64,000 bases of DNA from an archaeon (GTDB lineage Archaea > EX4484-52 > WAPT01): contig JAPDKB010000002.1 of the NCBI GenBank assembly GCA_029258795.1, forward strand, positions 1 through 64,000. The letters are read 5' to 3'. The notes under the pieces are model-generated. The model was not told where the DNA came from, did no database searches, and saw only the letters and a program-made list of their open reading frames with translations. Both the position numbers and the translations under genes were made by a program. Of the stretch, positions 30,063 through 42,430 are shown one piece after another. Each line of letters begins with the position of its first letter. Positions within the stretch are counted from its first letter, which is position 1.

Positions 30063-30887
30063 ATCAGCTATTTTATCTTTTTCCTCTTTTAACTTATTGT
30101 AGAGTCTTTGGCGATATGGTTCTTCATCTAGCCGATTTATATCCCTTTTAGCCTCTTTATATACTTCACTAGCGAGTTTGGGGATTAGTTCCGGTTCTCT
30201 TTGCTCTAGTATAATAATAGGAGTATGAGTTTCATGCTGTTTGTCATGAATGACATCATTTATGTCTTTAACAAATAAATTAAATTTTCTGAAGCCTTGA
30301 AAAGCTCTTTTGATTTTATCTTTATCTCTAATATTGGGGTTTTTGATTAACGGTATTTCTACAAAACCTATTATGTCATAACTTCTTGTTCTGTAGTTTT
30401 TCAATCCAATATCTAGCATATTGTCTTTATCTTCCTCTTGAAGTAGTAGTTGAATCGTATATTTCTCTCCACTCTGAACAAGTTGTAACACGGTTATATG
30501 CTCATTAAATATATTCTGGATATTTTCAGGAGCGATACCAAAAGCTCGTACTATTTTACCAAGTTCAAAAATATGCGCTGCACTTTCATACTTATTCATT
30601 TTTTCATCAGTTATTTCATCTCCAATAGCGGTAGCATAATCCAAAGCTATAGAATACGGAAGTAATTCGACCGGATACTTTTCCTTAAACACATCGTATA
30701 CATGTCTAGTTCTCAAGTCTTTTCTTCCTGTCTTGAATTTGTTATGAAGGAGTTGAGAAGACATACAGCTTATACTGTCTATTACCTCCGGGAGCTCAGG
30801 AATTCCAATTATTTTGCTCTCCTCTTTAATGTATTTTTTATCGATATTTACAAACTCCTCATATATATTTTCTATATCCTCTAGCAT
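30054..30887 (-). CDS. Hypothetical all-alpha protein resembling class I isoprenoid/terpene synthase fold
   Basis: Two Asp-rich motifs, AIGDEITDE and FVKDINDVIHDKQHETHTP, spaced like the first and second Asp-rich motifs of that fold. Confidence 0.5.
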   Translation of the reverse strand: MLEDIENIYEEFVNIDKKYIKEESKIIGIPELPEVIDSISCMSSQLLHNKFKTGRKDLRTRHVYDVFKEKYPVELLPYSIALDYATAIGDEITDEKMNKYESAAHIFELGKIVRAFGIAPENIQNIFNEHITVLQLVQSGEKYTIQLLLQEEDKDNMLDIGLKNYRTRSYDIIGFVEIPLIKNPNIRDKDKIKRAFQGFRKFNLFVKDINDVIHDKQHETHTPIIILEQREPELIPKLASEVYKEAKRDINRLDEEPYRQRLYNKLKEEKDKIADSF

Positions 30888-30964
30888 TATTAACTACCCA
30901 TAAGTAATAAAACACGAAATTATTTAAGTTTTTCGTTTCTGACCACCTTCCTTACCCAATCCAA

Positions 30965-31729
30965 TTATTTAATTAGCATAGTTGGATCAGTATTGACTTC
31001 TATCTCCTTTGCTTTTATGTCAAACGGAAATAACCCTTTTTCATGATCCGTAAACCTCATTTTTCTTATTTCCAACATTCTATTTTCCTCTGACCCGATG
31101 CTTAGGTAGTGTAACACAATCACTCCATCACACAAAAACTCGCTTATACCATCGCTGCTGAGCTGGTTTGAATCTTCCTGAATCTCGCTGAGGAGGAAAG
31201 CTGTTAGGTTCTTCTCATTTCTCAGCATGTTTATCAAATGGGTTATTATGGCTCTCCTCAACCAGCCCTCATGCCCCATGAACTTTACCTTTTTCTGCGT
31301 TACCCTGACATCAAGTCTTTCAGCTTCAATGAGCAGAGCAGGATGATTTTCAAGAGCTGTCAGAGAGTCGATCACCACCCTATTGTAGTTGCCGCTCTTG
31401 ATCTCCGATATCATCTTGTTGTAGAGCTCATACCCCTCTCTCACAAAATCAAAGCTCAGAATCTTGAGCAGCCCCTTCTTGATGTATCCCTCAACATCCC
31501 ATCCAAACGCCTTGGCTTGCTTAACTATATCCTCATACGGTTGCTCGAAGGAAACGTAAAGCCCCTTCTCCCCCATCTTACAGCCGTTTACCAGAATCTG
31601 CATGGAAAGTATGCTTTTCCCGCTACCAGGAGAACCGCTGATGAGTATTACAGCACCTTTCGGAATTCCTCCGTGCAGGAGTTCATCAAGGCCTTTAATA
31701 CCCGTTTTTGTTCTTTCCATATCCATCAT
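30965..31729 (-). CDS. KaiC/RAD55-like RecA-superfamily ATPase (single domain)
   Basis: TGIKGLDELLHGGIP, GSPGSGKS, VVIDS, DGVIVL and IRKMR motifs. Confidence 0.92.
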   Translation of the reverse strand: MMDMERTKTGIKGLDELLHGGIPKGAVILISGSPGSGKSILSMQILVNGCKMGEKGLYVSFEQPYEDIVKQAKAFGWDVEGYIKKGLLKILSFDFVREGYELYNKMISEIKSGNYNRVVIDSLTALENHPALLIEAERLDVRVTQKKVKFMGHEGWLRRAIITHLINMLRNEKNLTAFLLSEIQEDSNQLSSDGISEFLCDGVIVLHYLSIGSEENRMLEIRKMRFTDHEKGLFPFDIKAKEIEVNTDPTMLIK

Positions 31730-32000
31730 ATTTTGATTTTATGTTATGCAGGGATATTTAAGTGTTTCGAATTAAATTTTCGACAATTGTTGACTTTTAA
31801 AATAAATGGAAATTATTTTATTCTGCCAAGCTGAGTTTCGAAATAAAGGAGGCGGCAACGGTTCTTTTTACACAATGCGTGAATGTGTGTTGGGAGAAGA
31901 TAAAGAAATGCTGGCTGAACTTTGGCTCAAGCCAAACCCAGAGAATGTTTTAAATAATTTTCCCGCTATCACAAATTAACATCAAAATCTGTGTGTTCCT

Positions 32001-32123
32001 GCGCCGGTGGTCTAGGGGTATGACTGCGGCCTTCCAAGCCGCCAGCCCGGGTTCGAATGCTGCGGAAGCAGAGCTTGAAAGCTTGTGGTTGCTCCGCGGC
32101 TGAAAATCCCGGCCGGCGCACCA
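32001..32123 (+). tRNA. tRNA-Gly(TCC) with a 49-nt intron at 59/60 (32058-32106); CCA encoded
   Basis: GCGCCGG/CCGGCGC acceptor; GCGGC-CTTCCAA-GCCGC anticodon arm; BHB with TTCG:TGAA central helix. Confidence 0.95.
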
Positions 32124-32226
32124 ACCAACCATAAATCCCTGATTCTTTCGGTGTTGAAAGGGAAGATTAATATATATCTTCTTCACAAAAATTTCATCAG
32201 GTGTCTTAAAATATTTAGATATTGGG

Positions 32227-34215
32227 TTGATGGTCATGAGCTTGAGAGCCGTGCTCAAAAAAATGGGACAGTATCAGGGAAATTTGGGAAGCAAAAGCAT
32301 GGCAAATACATCACAATCTCAGATTAGAACTAACACTGTTTCATCAGGAAAAAACGTTGTTAACGTGCAAAAAATCCCGAAGGTTAATCACCTCATTCTC
32401 AGAATGGCACAGAAGCTGAAGGAATACGAAAAACTCCGGGAGGAAAGGAAGAGGAAGAGTGAGATTCTACCCATCTTTGCCGCTCAGGTGGAAGGTGCTG
32501 GAGGCGCTTCACTTTCAGCAACACCGCCTGCTTCTTATGGCGGTGCTCCTCCCACACGATCTGGAGTGAGTGGGAGTGAAGCTGGAGCCGGCGTTTCAGC
32601 GGGTGTAGAGGTGGAAGGAGCGGGGGGAGAAGTCTCGCTTACTAGTGTGTCGGGAAGTGCTCTGGGTTTAATGAAAGAGATGTTTTTCCTTACCAAAGAA
32701 GTGACTGAGGAATCAAAAAGGGATATAAATATAAAGTATCCACTTGTTCCCCTTCATCCAAAACCAAATGAGCCCGTTTACGCTTGGGCACACATACACT
32801 GGGACCCACGCTATCGCTCTCTCATCTACGAGGTTCATGAACCGGAGATAACTCAAGGAGAAAAAGTCCAGCTGGAAGAAATAAAAAAGATTTTGGAAGA
32901 CAAAATCGATGTTTCTCTTGACCTCATAGGGAAAGGTGCGGCAATAAACTACCTCAAAAGGATGCTGAATAAGATAATAACTGCATACGGTTTCAACCTA
33001 ACGCCAAGGCAGAGGGAGGTTTTTGAATACTACGTTCTCAGGGATTTTATAGGGCTGGGTAAGATTCAACCCCTCCTGAACGACCCGAACATAGAGGACA
33101 TAAGCTGCGATGGAGTTAACATCCCTGTTTATGTGTATCACCGTGATCCAAAAATAGGTTCATTGCGAACCAACGTGATTTTTGAGAGTACAGAAGAGCT
33201 GGATGAGTTCGTGATCAAGCTTGCACAATGGTGCGGGAGAAGCATCTCGGTAGCTGAACCATTACTGGATGGAAGCCTGCCTGATGGTTCTAGAGTTCAG
33301 GCAGTTCTAAGTACTGATATAGCAAGGAGAGGCTCCAACTTCACCATAAGAAAGTTCACCAAAGACCCTCTAACTCCGGTACACCTGCTGGAATATGGAA
33401 CGTTGAATGCAAGAGCCCTCGCTTATTTATGGTATGTGGTTGAGCATAATGGCTCCATTTTGGTGGCAGGACCGACAGCTTCCGGTAAAACCACTTTACT
33501 GAACTCAATCTCCCTCTTTATAAGACCTGAGGCCAAAATAGTCAGCATAGAGGATACGCCGGAGCTTAGATTGCCGCACGAACACTGGATTCCCGAAGTT
33601 GCGAGGTCAGCTGTAAGCGCAGAAACAGGAAAAATAGGAGAGGTTACCATGTTCGATCTCGTGAAGGCATCTTTAAGACAGAGACCCGATTACATAATAG
33701 TGGGTGAAGTGAGAGGTGAAGAAGCATATATCCTATTTCAGGAAATGGCCACTGGTCATGCAGGTTTGGCAACGATTCATGCGGACTCGCTTGAAAAGCT
33801 AATAGATAGGCTTACAACCCCACCAATAAACCTTTCACCCTCTTTACTGGAGATACTCGATCTGATCATCTTTGTCAAGAGGTTGAAATACAAAGGAGAA
33901 TATGTAAGAAAAGTCACAAACATATACGAGGTTAAGGGATACGACACTGTAAAAAAGAAGCTCATATGCAACGAGGTTTTCAAGTGGGATCCCAAAAAAG
34001 ACGAGATAGTGGTCGTAAATAAATCCTATTTACTCGAGAAAATAAAGGAAATGACCGGGATCACTGATGAAGAGCTTGCGGTTGAGCTTGAGAACAGAGA
34101 AAAGTTGCTGTTGTGGGCTAAAGAAAAGGGAATAAAGGATTATAGAGATCTGGGAAAACTTCTTTCACAGTATTACGCGGATTCGGTAAGAGTCATGGAA
34201 AGTATTGAAGAATAA
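32227..34215 (+). CDS. Type II/IV secretion (FlaI/VirB11-like) pilus assembly ATPase
   Basis: IEDISCDG, GPTASGKTT, SIEDTPEL, RQRPDYIIVGEVRG and TGH..ATIHA motifs. Confidence 0.95.
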   Translation: MMVMSLRAVLKKMGQYQGNLGSKSMANTSQSQIRTNTVSSGKNVVNVQKIPKVNHLILRMAQKLKEYEKLREERKRKSEILPIFAAQVEGAGGASLSATPPASYGGAPPTRSGVSGSEAGAGVSAGVEVEGAGGEVSLTSVSGSALGLMKEMFFLTKEVTEESKRDINIKYPLVPLHPKPNEPVYAWAHIHWDPRYRSLIYEVHEPEITQGEKVQLEEIKKILEDKIDVSLDLIGKGAAINYLKRMLNKIITAYGFNLTPRQREVFEYYVLRDFIGLGKIQPLLNDPNIEDISCDGVNIPVYVYHRDPKIGSLRTNVIFESTEELDEFVIKLAQWCGRSISVAEPLLDGSLPDGSRVQAVLSTDIARRGSNFTIRKFTKDPLTPVHLLEYGTLNARALAYLWYVVEHNGSILVAGPTASGKTTLLNSISLFIRPEAKIVSIEDTPELRLPHEHWIPEVARSAVSAETGKIGEVTMFDLVKASLRQRPDYIIVGEVRGEEAYILFQEMATGHAGLATIHADSLEKLIDRLTTPPINLSPSLLEILDLIIFVKRLKYKGEYVRKVTNIYEVKGYDTVKKKLICNEVFKWDPKKDEIVVVNKSYLLEKIKEMTGITDEELAVELENREKLLLWAKEKGIKDYRDLGKLLSQYYADSVRVMESIEE

Positions 34216-34246
34216 AACTAACAACTTTCCTCACGGTGATAATTAA

Positions 34247-35152
34247 ATGGAAATGGATGATAGGAAAAAGGGTTCGTTTCTAACTTTATGGACAGGAATG
34301 TGCTACCAATGGTTTGGCTCTTTTGTAAATCAGTATTTGGTAGAAACTTTCAGAGACATGCACGTTGATCTTAGAAGGGCCATGATTCCGTTAACTTTGG
34401 TGGAGTATCTGTCTTTGGCGTTGGGCACATCAGGAGTTGTGTTCTTTTTCATGTCTATCTTCCTTACCATGTTATTCACCCTGCTTTTCAGAAGCGTGCT
34501 ATTTGGCGTATTTGCAGGAGTGCTTGGAGGTTTCGTTTTTGCTATCGGAACATTCATTCTGTTTTACCTTTACCCATCTGTTGTGGTGGGAGAAAGAAAG
34601 AAAAAGATAGATGATACCCTTCCATTTGCCACCCTTTACATGGCAACTATGGCTGGGACAGGGGCTCCAATAGTTAGCATTTTCAGAATGTTATCTAAAT
34701 TTAAGGAATATGGAGAGGTGGCAAAGGAAGCCAAAAGGGTTGTGGAAACTGTGGAAATAACAGGAGCTCCAATAACCCGTGTGCTGGAGGATGTGGCTGA
34801 AAGAACACCGTCTGAAGCTTTTAGAGAATTACTGTGGGGGATAAGAAGCACCATAACTGTAGGAGGTGATTTAAGAACCTATCTTTACGAGAAGGCAAGA
34901 GGTTTTATACAGGAATATCGAAGAAGGTTAGCTGCCTATACAAACCAACTAGTAACCTTCCTCGAAATTTACATCAATGCTGTGATAATAGGCGTGGTGT
35001 TCTTTGTTGTACTTACGAGCATAATAGGAATTTTCGGAATTGACGCGAAAACAATATTGTTTATTCATTACGCACTGATATTCGTAGCGTTACCTTTAGC
35101 ATCTGTTGGGTTCATTGTGCTAATAAGAGGTATACAACCACACTCTGAATAA
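34247..35152 (+). CDS. Type II secretion system F / TadC-like membrane platform protein
   Basis: IDDTLPFA, YGEVAKE and TPS..FRELL motifs with TM helices; follows the ATPase. Confidence 0.9.
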   Translation: MEMDDRKKGSFLTLWTGMCYQWFGSFVNQYLVETFRDMHVDLRRAMIPLTLVEYLSLALGTSGVVFFFMSIFLTMLFTLLFRSVLFGVFAGVLGGFVFAIGTFILFYLYPSVVVGERKKKIDDTLPFATLYMATMAGTGAPIVSIFRMLSKFKEYGEVAKEAKRVVETVEITGAPITRVLEDVAERTPSEAFRELLWGIRSTITVGGDLRTYLYEKARGFIQEYRRRLAAYTNQLVTFLEIYINAVIIGVVFFVVLTSIIGIFGIDAKTILFIHYALIFVALPLASVGFIVLIRGIQPHSE

Positions 35153-35156
35153 AAAA

Positions 35157-36155
35157 TTGGCGGTGCGTGTCATGTTCGAGAGTTTGCTTGGGGGAGGAAG
35201 CAAACAGAAAAAAAGGAAAACACTTGATGAAAAGAAAACGTTCTATGATTACCGTTATTTACTCATAATCATGTTCTTCATTCTTCTCTTCATAGGTATG
35301 TTGGCGAGCAGTATCAATCCAAAACTAATGTCGATGTTTGTTCTGCTTGGCATGTTTACATGCATCCTACCCTATTTTGCCCTAGAGTATTTTGAATTTG
35401 CCAAATACAAAAAAATGGAGGAATATTTTCCATTTTTTCTGAGGGACTTTGCTGAAGCCATAAGAAGCGGGATGACCTTTCCCAGTGCTTTAAGAATGAC
35501 AGCAAAGATAGATTATGGCGCTCTTTCAGTCGAGATAAGGAGGGCTGCAGCCCAGCTTTCTTGGGGCATACCTTTTGTTAAAGTGCTCCGAAGGTTTGGA
35601 GAAAGGCTCAAAGGAAGCAAGGTATTAAAACAGAGCATAGCAATTATAATAGAAACGTTCAATTCCGGAGGAGATGTTGCCACAACGATGGACTCATTGG
35701 CTGACAGCATGAGTACTATTCGTGAAATGGAACTGGAAAGGAAAGCAGCACTCCAGCAGCAGGTGATGATTATATATATTGTTTTTATCATCTTTCTGGG
35801 TTTACTTGTGGGTATAGACAAATTCCTGATAACCAGATTCATGAGCACCTTCCAGACCATAGAACAGGCATCTGAAGCTACGCAATCGATGGGTTTCGGA
35901 GGATTTCAGTTTAGAGCTGAGGATTACTGCGACTACGCCATTGCTTCTCCAGTATGCGGCTTTGGCAGGATGTTCGGGTTTTCAGGAGATGACCTATATT
36001 ACAAATCCATCTTTTTATTGATGGCGCTGATTCAAAGTGTGTGCCAGGGTATATTGATCGGAGTTATGCTTGAGAATAGCGCTAAAGCAGGATTTAAGCA
36101 CGTGGCTATAATGATGGCCCTGTCACTTGTGGCGCTTCCTATTTTCCTAGGGTGA
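35157..36155 (+). CDS. Type II secretion system F / TadB-C-like membrane protein
   Basis: FPFFLRD..SGM, DYGAL and SWG.PF motifs. Start may be ATG 35172. Confidence 0.9.
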   Translation: MAVRVMFESLLGGGSKQKKRKTLDEKKTFYDYRYLLIIMFFILLFIGMLASSINPKLMSMFVLLGMFTCILPYFALEYFEFAKYKKMEEYFPFFLRDFAEAIRSGMTFPSALRMTAKIDYGALSVEIRRAAAQLSWGIPFVKVLRRFGERLKGSKVLKQSIAIIIETFNSGGDVATTMDSLADSMSTIREMELERKAALQQQVMIIYIVFIIFLGLLVGIDKFLITRFMSTFQTIEQASEATQSMGFGGFQFRAEDYCDYAIASPVCGFGRMFGFSGDDLYYKSIFLLMALIQSVCQGILIGVMLENSAKAGFKHVAIMMALSLVALPIFLG

Positions 36156-36161
36156 TGAAAG

Positions 36162-36866
36162 TTGAAAATGAAAAAAGCTCAGACGAATCTTGATTTTGCA
36201 ACCAGTATAAGTGTCTTTATAGTAGTGCTGGGTTTCTATTTTTATTATGTTTCAGGTCAGATAGCGGCAAGCACTGTGAAGCTAGATGAATTGAAGGGCG
36301 AATCAGAATGCGCACTAGCAGCAACGGCTTTGATGAACAAGTTGGTGCTGAACAATATGAGTTTGAATGAAAATTATTTCAATTCTGCTATTAAGGGGTG
36401 TATCGTATCCCCTCCACCTAATTCTCCAGACTGGGACGCTTACCAAGCCTTTCTTCAAAGCATAAATCTCACGAAAAGAAGCGCGTACTTAAGGATGGAT
36501 TTACTCCTCACAACTTCATACCTCATGAAAGTAACGGAAGAGTACACAGAAGGCACTCTCTATTTTAATCACAAAACCTATCCTGTGGTGTGTAATGTAA
36601 CTGCAAATTCAATTATGATAAATAATACGGGGCCGTATAAGGTTGGGGCGAATGTAACACTTGACAGTGTGAAGTTTACTGTTCATTGGATTGATCCCTC
36701 TTGCCAATACGCTGTGCTGAAGAATGTGAGGCCCTTCCACCAGTGTGGTGCTCTTCCTTCAATAGCATTAAGTGGTAGAGGTATTGGGGGAGGAAGGCAA
36801 GTGAAATATGTGTTCTTTGCTGTTAAGGATGGACAGCTTCTCAGGGTGACGTTTTTATGCATGTAA
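36162..36866 (+). CDS. Pilin-like protein with class III signal peptide
   Basis: KKA-QTNLDF followed by a hydrophobic helix. Confidence 0.7.
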   Translation: MKMKKAQTNLDFATSISVFIVVLGFYFYYVSGQIAASTVKLDELKGESECALAATALMNKLVLNNMSLNENYFNSAIKGCIVSPPPNSPDWDAYQAFLQSINLTKRSAYLRMDLLLTTSYLMKVTEEYTEGTLYFNHKTYPVVCNVTANSIMINNTGPYKVGANVTLDSVKFTVHWIDPSCQYAVLKNVRPFHQCGALPSIALSGRGIGGGRQVKYVFFAVKDGQLLRVTFLCM

Positions 36867-38545
36867 AAAAGAAAGGATTCCTAAAAACTCTTGAGGCAGT
36901 TATAGCAGGATTACTTCTCCTTTCCTACATGGTGTGGTTCTCCGCAAAGCCAGTGGAGGTGAGAGGGCTGGAAGCGAAGAACTACAAGCTTTATGCAACC
37001 CTTCTCATGGCTTCATTGAATTCAAACGTCTCGGATGTGCTTTTGAAAGCAGATGAAGATAGCGCATCAGAACTTTTAAGGGAGCTCAGTGGAACGGAGG
37101 CGAGGATGAGGTTTCACCTCAAAGAAATTCCTAGGAAGGAGATATGGGTAGGATATCTTCTTGAACCAAAAAACAAGCACAATGTGACTTTAGATCTATC
37201 CGTCGATGAAACAAATTGTAGTAGCACCTCCAAATGCACCGTTTTTGGAGCGAAAAGCACCTGTGCAGAATTTAGGTTGGGCTCTCACACGTTGTATTTC
37301 GTTAACAGAACTTATGTGGCTCCATTAAATTCTAGCGACCAGTGTGATCCCAACTTGCTTATACCCGTACAAGGGTACTTTGATTACAACGGAAAAGAAT
37401 ATTACGTCTTTGCTCGGGTTATCCAGAATTCACAATCTAACTATACATTGGTTTTTCTTAATCACACAACTTATCAAATAAACTTCTACAATCCACATCC
37501 TTCATTGTTCCACAGATTTTATTTGAATGGAAAGGAAATTTACCTTTATTTCACCCCCGTGACTTACGACATGCTAACTCTAGATTTAGATGCGATCATT
37601 ATTGTCAATAGAACACTAGCTCAGATAAGCGATGATGAACTGGAAGCAATTTCAAGATTTGCGGAAAGTGGTGGTGGAATCCTGTTGGTCAATGATGTGG
37701 ATAAACAGTATGACATTCTAAATCTCATTGGACTAAAATGGAACGGTTCAGCATCCGGACCAGATGGAAGTGATAGTGTGTTTTTAGATATTCTCAAAAA
37801 AAACTATGTTAAAGGTTACGAATTCGTTGAGTTTTTCGAACACGCTTATTATCCTGTAACAATGGACTATTTGAATCTTTCACGACCTGGTGTGAATGTA
37901 AGTTGTATTTCTTATTCTGGAATTGTTTTTGAGGGAAATCTCACTGTGAGGGATAAGGTATATCCGTTTATCGTGGTGAACGATACAACATCTCCGTTTT
38001 ACGATACTGTTTATGTTAGTAAGGACGGTGACTGGGATTTCTGTGATGGTGACAACAGCACTCCCATAAAAGAAAAAGATGTGTTTGAGCTGGAGGATAG
38101 CAGCAGTGGTGTGGTAAACAACATCACACTGGAAAAAATACCGGGGACTCTACATACTGGGGCAGTGTACTTTACATTTAACAGGAATCACAGATTTAGA
38201 GATATGTCTCTGGCTGTTGGCACAAATAAGAACATGCTCATCCCCGTCAAAAACGACACAACCAGAATAATCATTCATTCAGAAATGGAACGGGTTGGGG
38301 GTACATTTCCAGCTCCTGTACTCATATTACAGGAGATAAATAATACCTACCGAGCTGGATGGATGACCTCGAGCTTAAAAGGAGATGATGAATGGAAGAT
38401 ACTAAGAGATGCGGTGCTCTGGGTTGCAAGAAAGGTATCCTATGCAGCGTTACGCGAGCAAGGTTACACATATTCAGTATCCTTCCCCATTGCATGGGTC
38501 AACGAAACAAAACTGATGGGTATAGCCGAGTTGAGAATATGGTGA
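36857..38545 (+). CDS. Large minor-pilin/adhesin-like protein with class III signal peptide
   Basis: KKKG-FLKTLEAVIA plus hydrophobic helix; large sequon-rich extracellular domain. Confidence 0.7.
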   Translation: MHVKKKGFLKTLEAVIAGLLLLSYMVWFSAKPVEVRGLEAKNYKLYATLLMASLNSNVSDVLLKADEDSASELLRELSGTEARMRFHLKEIPRKEIWVGYLLEPKNKHNVTLDLSVDETNCSSTSKCTVFGAKSTCAEFRLGSHTLYFVNRTYVAPLNSSDQCDPNLLIPVQGYFDYNGKEYYVFARVIQNSQSNYTLVFLNHTTYQINFYNPHPSLFHRFYLNGKEIYLYFTPVTYDMLTLDLDAIIIVNRTLAQISDDELEAISRFAESGGGILLVNDVDKQYDILNLIGLKWNGSASGPDGSDSVFLDILKKNYVKGYEFVEFFEHAYYPVTMDYLNLSRPGVNVSCISYSGIVFEGNLTVRDKVYPFIVVNDTTSPFYDTVYVSKDGDWDFCDGDNSTPIKEKDVFELEDSSSGVVNNITLEKIPGTLHTGAVYFTFNRNHRFRDMSLAVGTNKNMLIPVKNDTTRIIIHSEMERVGGTFPAPVLILQEINNTYRAGWMTSSLKGDDEWKILRDAVLWVARKVSYAALREQGYTYSVSFPIAWVNETKLMGIAELRIW

Positions 38546-38925
38546 TTGTTGTGAAGAGAAAAATTAGCTTCCTTTCAAGAAGAAAAGGGCAGTTTTATAT
38601 ACTGGGGGTTGTAGTACTTCTAATCTCTTTCGGACATTTGCTTGCATCTCTTGGAGGAAATGTCATTTTTGATTTCAGTACTGTGCTTGGCGCTACCCAT
38701 TACATGTTAAACTTCAAGATAACCAAAGATATAGAATTGCTTAACCAGACGTGTGGTCAAGATGAGCTTGACATCTATGTGCCATGGTACATGACGCTGG
38801 TTGAGAGGGAATACGGAAAGCGAGGTGTAATAATAAGGTGGTACTACGATCCAAATAATCGCCTGTTAAAATACAAAATCTATGCTGAAAATTATTACCT
38901 TGAAAAAGAGCTAGTACTCAAATAG
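38539..38925 (+). CDS. Pilin-like protein with class III signal peptide
   Basis: RRKG-QFYILG plus hydrophobic helix. Start moved to ATG 38539 (GTG 38551 also possible). Confidence 0.7.
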   Translation: MVIVVKRKISFLSRRKGQFYILGVVVLLISFGHLLASLGGNVIFDFSTVLGATHYMLNFKITKDIELLNQTCGQDELDIYVPWYMTLVEREYGKRGVIIRWYYDPNNRLLKYKIYAENYYLEKELVLK

Positions 38926-40093
38926 CAGCTTCCTCCCCAAAAGCTTTTCTGAACGCGTCACTATCTTTCTCTTTCATCAACCTGAGAAGGGGCAAATACG
39001 AGCGTGCAACCTTCTTTGAACAGTGGAGCTGCTTGCTGAGTTTTTCAAGTAAGGCAGACATCCTTTCCCTTTCTTCTTTCGTCTGGGTCCATTTTTTCAG
39101 TTTTGAGGGATACCTGTACTTCACGAACTTCCTGTACTTTTCATCCTTTGCTGTTGCAACTCCGATGGAAAGGAGCTGCAGCACGTAAATTATGAAGCGC
39201 CAGTATTGCTGTCTTCTTATCCTCCCCCTGAACACGTCAGCTCTCGAGATGAAGTAGTAAGCTCTTTTTAGGTCGGGAGATTTCTCATACTCCAAAGGCA
39301 CATTTTCTCTTATCCACAGCATGAACTCATCTGGATCTTTATCCAGATTTGACACCGCCCAGTTTGCAACTTCAGCACGTTCCGTCTTGAATATTATTCG
39401 GAGCGCTTCGAAAATGTTCCTTTCGGTGTCTCTGTAGCCGGCTATTTTGACATCCTCAGCAGTTATCCTCTTCTTTCCCTGAGCTATTATTTGCAAATCG
39501 TTTATTGCCGCTTTCAAATCGCCGTTAGCATTGTTGGCTATCGTGTTTATCGCTTCTTCCTCGAAAGTTATGCCCTCCTTTATGAGGATTTCTTTCAGCC
39601 TTCTCGCTATGCTTCTCGTGTCTATCTTCTTGAATTCTATCATTTCACAGTAATCGCGTAACGGTCTTAAGGCGGGGACATAAGCGTCGTTGGCAATGAG
39701 GATTACTGGAAACTTGCTCTTCTTTATGATGTTGATTATCTCAGCCACAGCTCCTTTATCCTCGCTTCCAGCTATGCCATCTACCTCATCAAACACCATT
39801 AACTTCCCCCTGTGGAACAGTGATGCCTGCTGAAGCGCATCTTCGAACTTGTCCCTCAGAACATCTGCTGACCTCACATCAGAGGCGTTGGTTTCTATGA
39901 GAAGGTAGTTGAACTTTTTTGCGAGCAGACCCATGAGCGTGGTTTTTCCCACCCCCGGCGGGCCATAAATGAGAAGGGCTTTCTTTTTCTCATTCTTCCA
40001 GTTCTCAATCCACCTGACTATTCTGGCTACAGCTTCTCTATTTCCTATGAACTCTTCAAGAGTTTTGGGAGCATGTTTATGGATCCACAGCAT
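38918..40093 (-). CDS. rfcL: Replication factor C large subunit
   Basis: W..KHAP, GPPGVGKT, ETNASDVR, DEVDG, GDLKAAINDLQ and SRADVF motifs. Confidence 0.95.
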   Translation of the reverse strand: MLWIHKHAPKTLEEFIGNREAVARIVRWIENWKNEKKKALLIYGPPGVGKTTLMGLLAKKFNYLLIETNASDVRSADVLRDKFEDALQQASLFHRGKLMVFDEVDGIAGSEDKGAVAEIINIIKKSKFPVILIANDAYVPALRPLRDYCEMIEFKKIDTRSIARRLKEILIKEGITFEEEAINTIANNANGDLKAAINDLQIIAQGKKRITAEDVKIAGYRDTERNIFEALRIIFKTERAEVANWAVSNLDKDPDEFMLWIRENVPLEYEKSPDLKRAYYFISRADVFRGRIRRQQYWRFIIYVLQLLSIGVATAKDEKYRKFVKYRYPSKLKKWTQTKEERERMSALLEKLSKQLHCSKKVARSYLPLLRLMKEKDSDAFRKAFGEEAAI

Positions 40094-40173
40094 AAAAATA
40101 AAATGTGGAAAGAAAAAGATTTAAAGGGAAGATGAGCAGCGCTGCTCTGCCCACCCTATCTTACATACTCACT

Positions 40174-42357
<2,184 letters not shown>

Positions 42358-42430
42358 TCACCTCCAGTGAATTCTGTGATGAACTTGTGAGCATGAAACG
42401 AAGTGGGAAAAATGAAAGGAGCTTGTGACA

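Noticed and set aside
31950-32327. ORFs 31950-32258 and 32085-32327
   Set aside because: They overlap tRNA-Gly and the ATPase promoter.
40134-40149. Palindrome GAGCAGCGCTGCTC between cdc48 and rfcL
   Set aside because: Single occurrence with no loop, U-tract or second copy; function cannot be supported.
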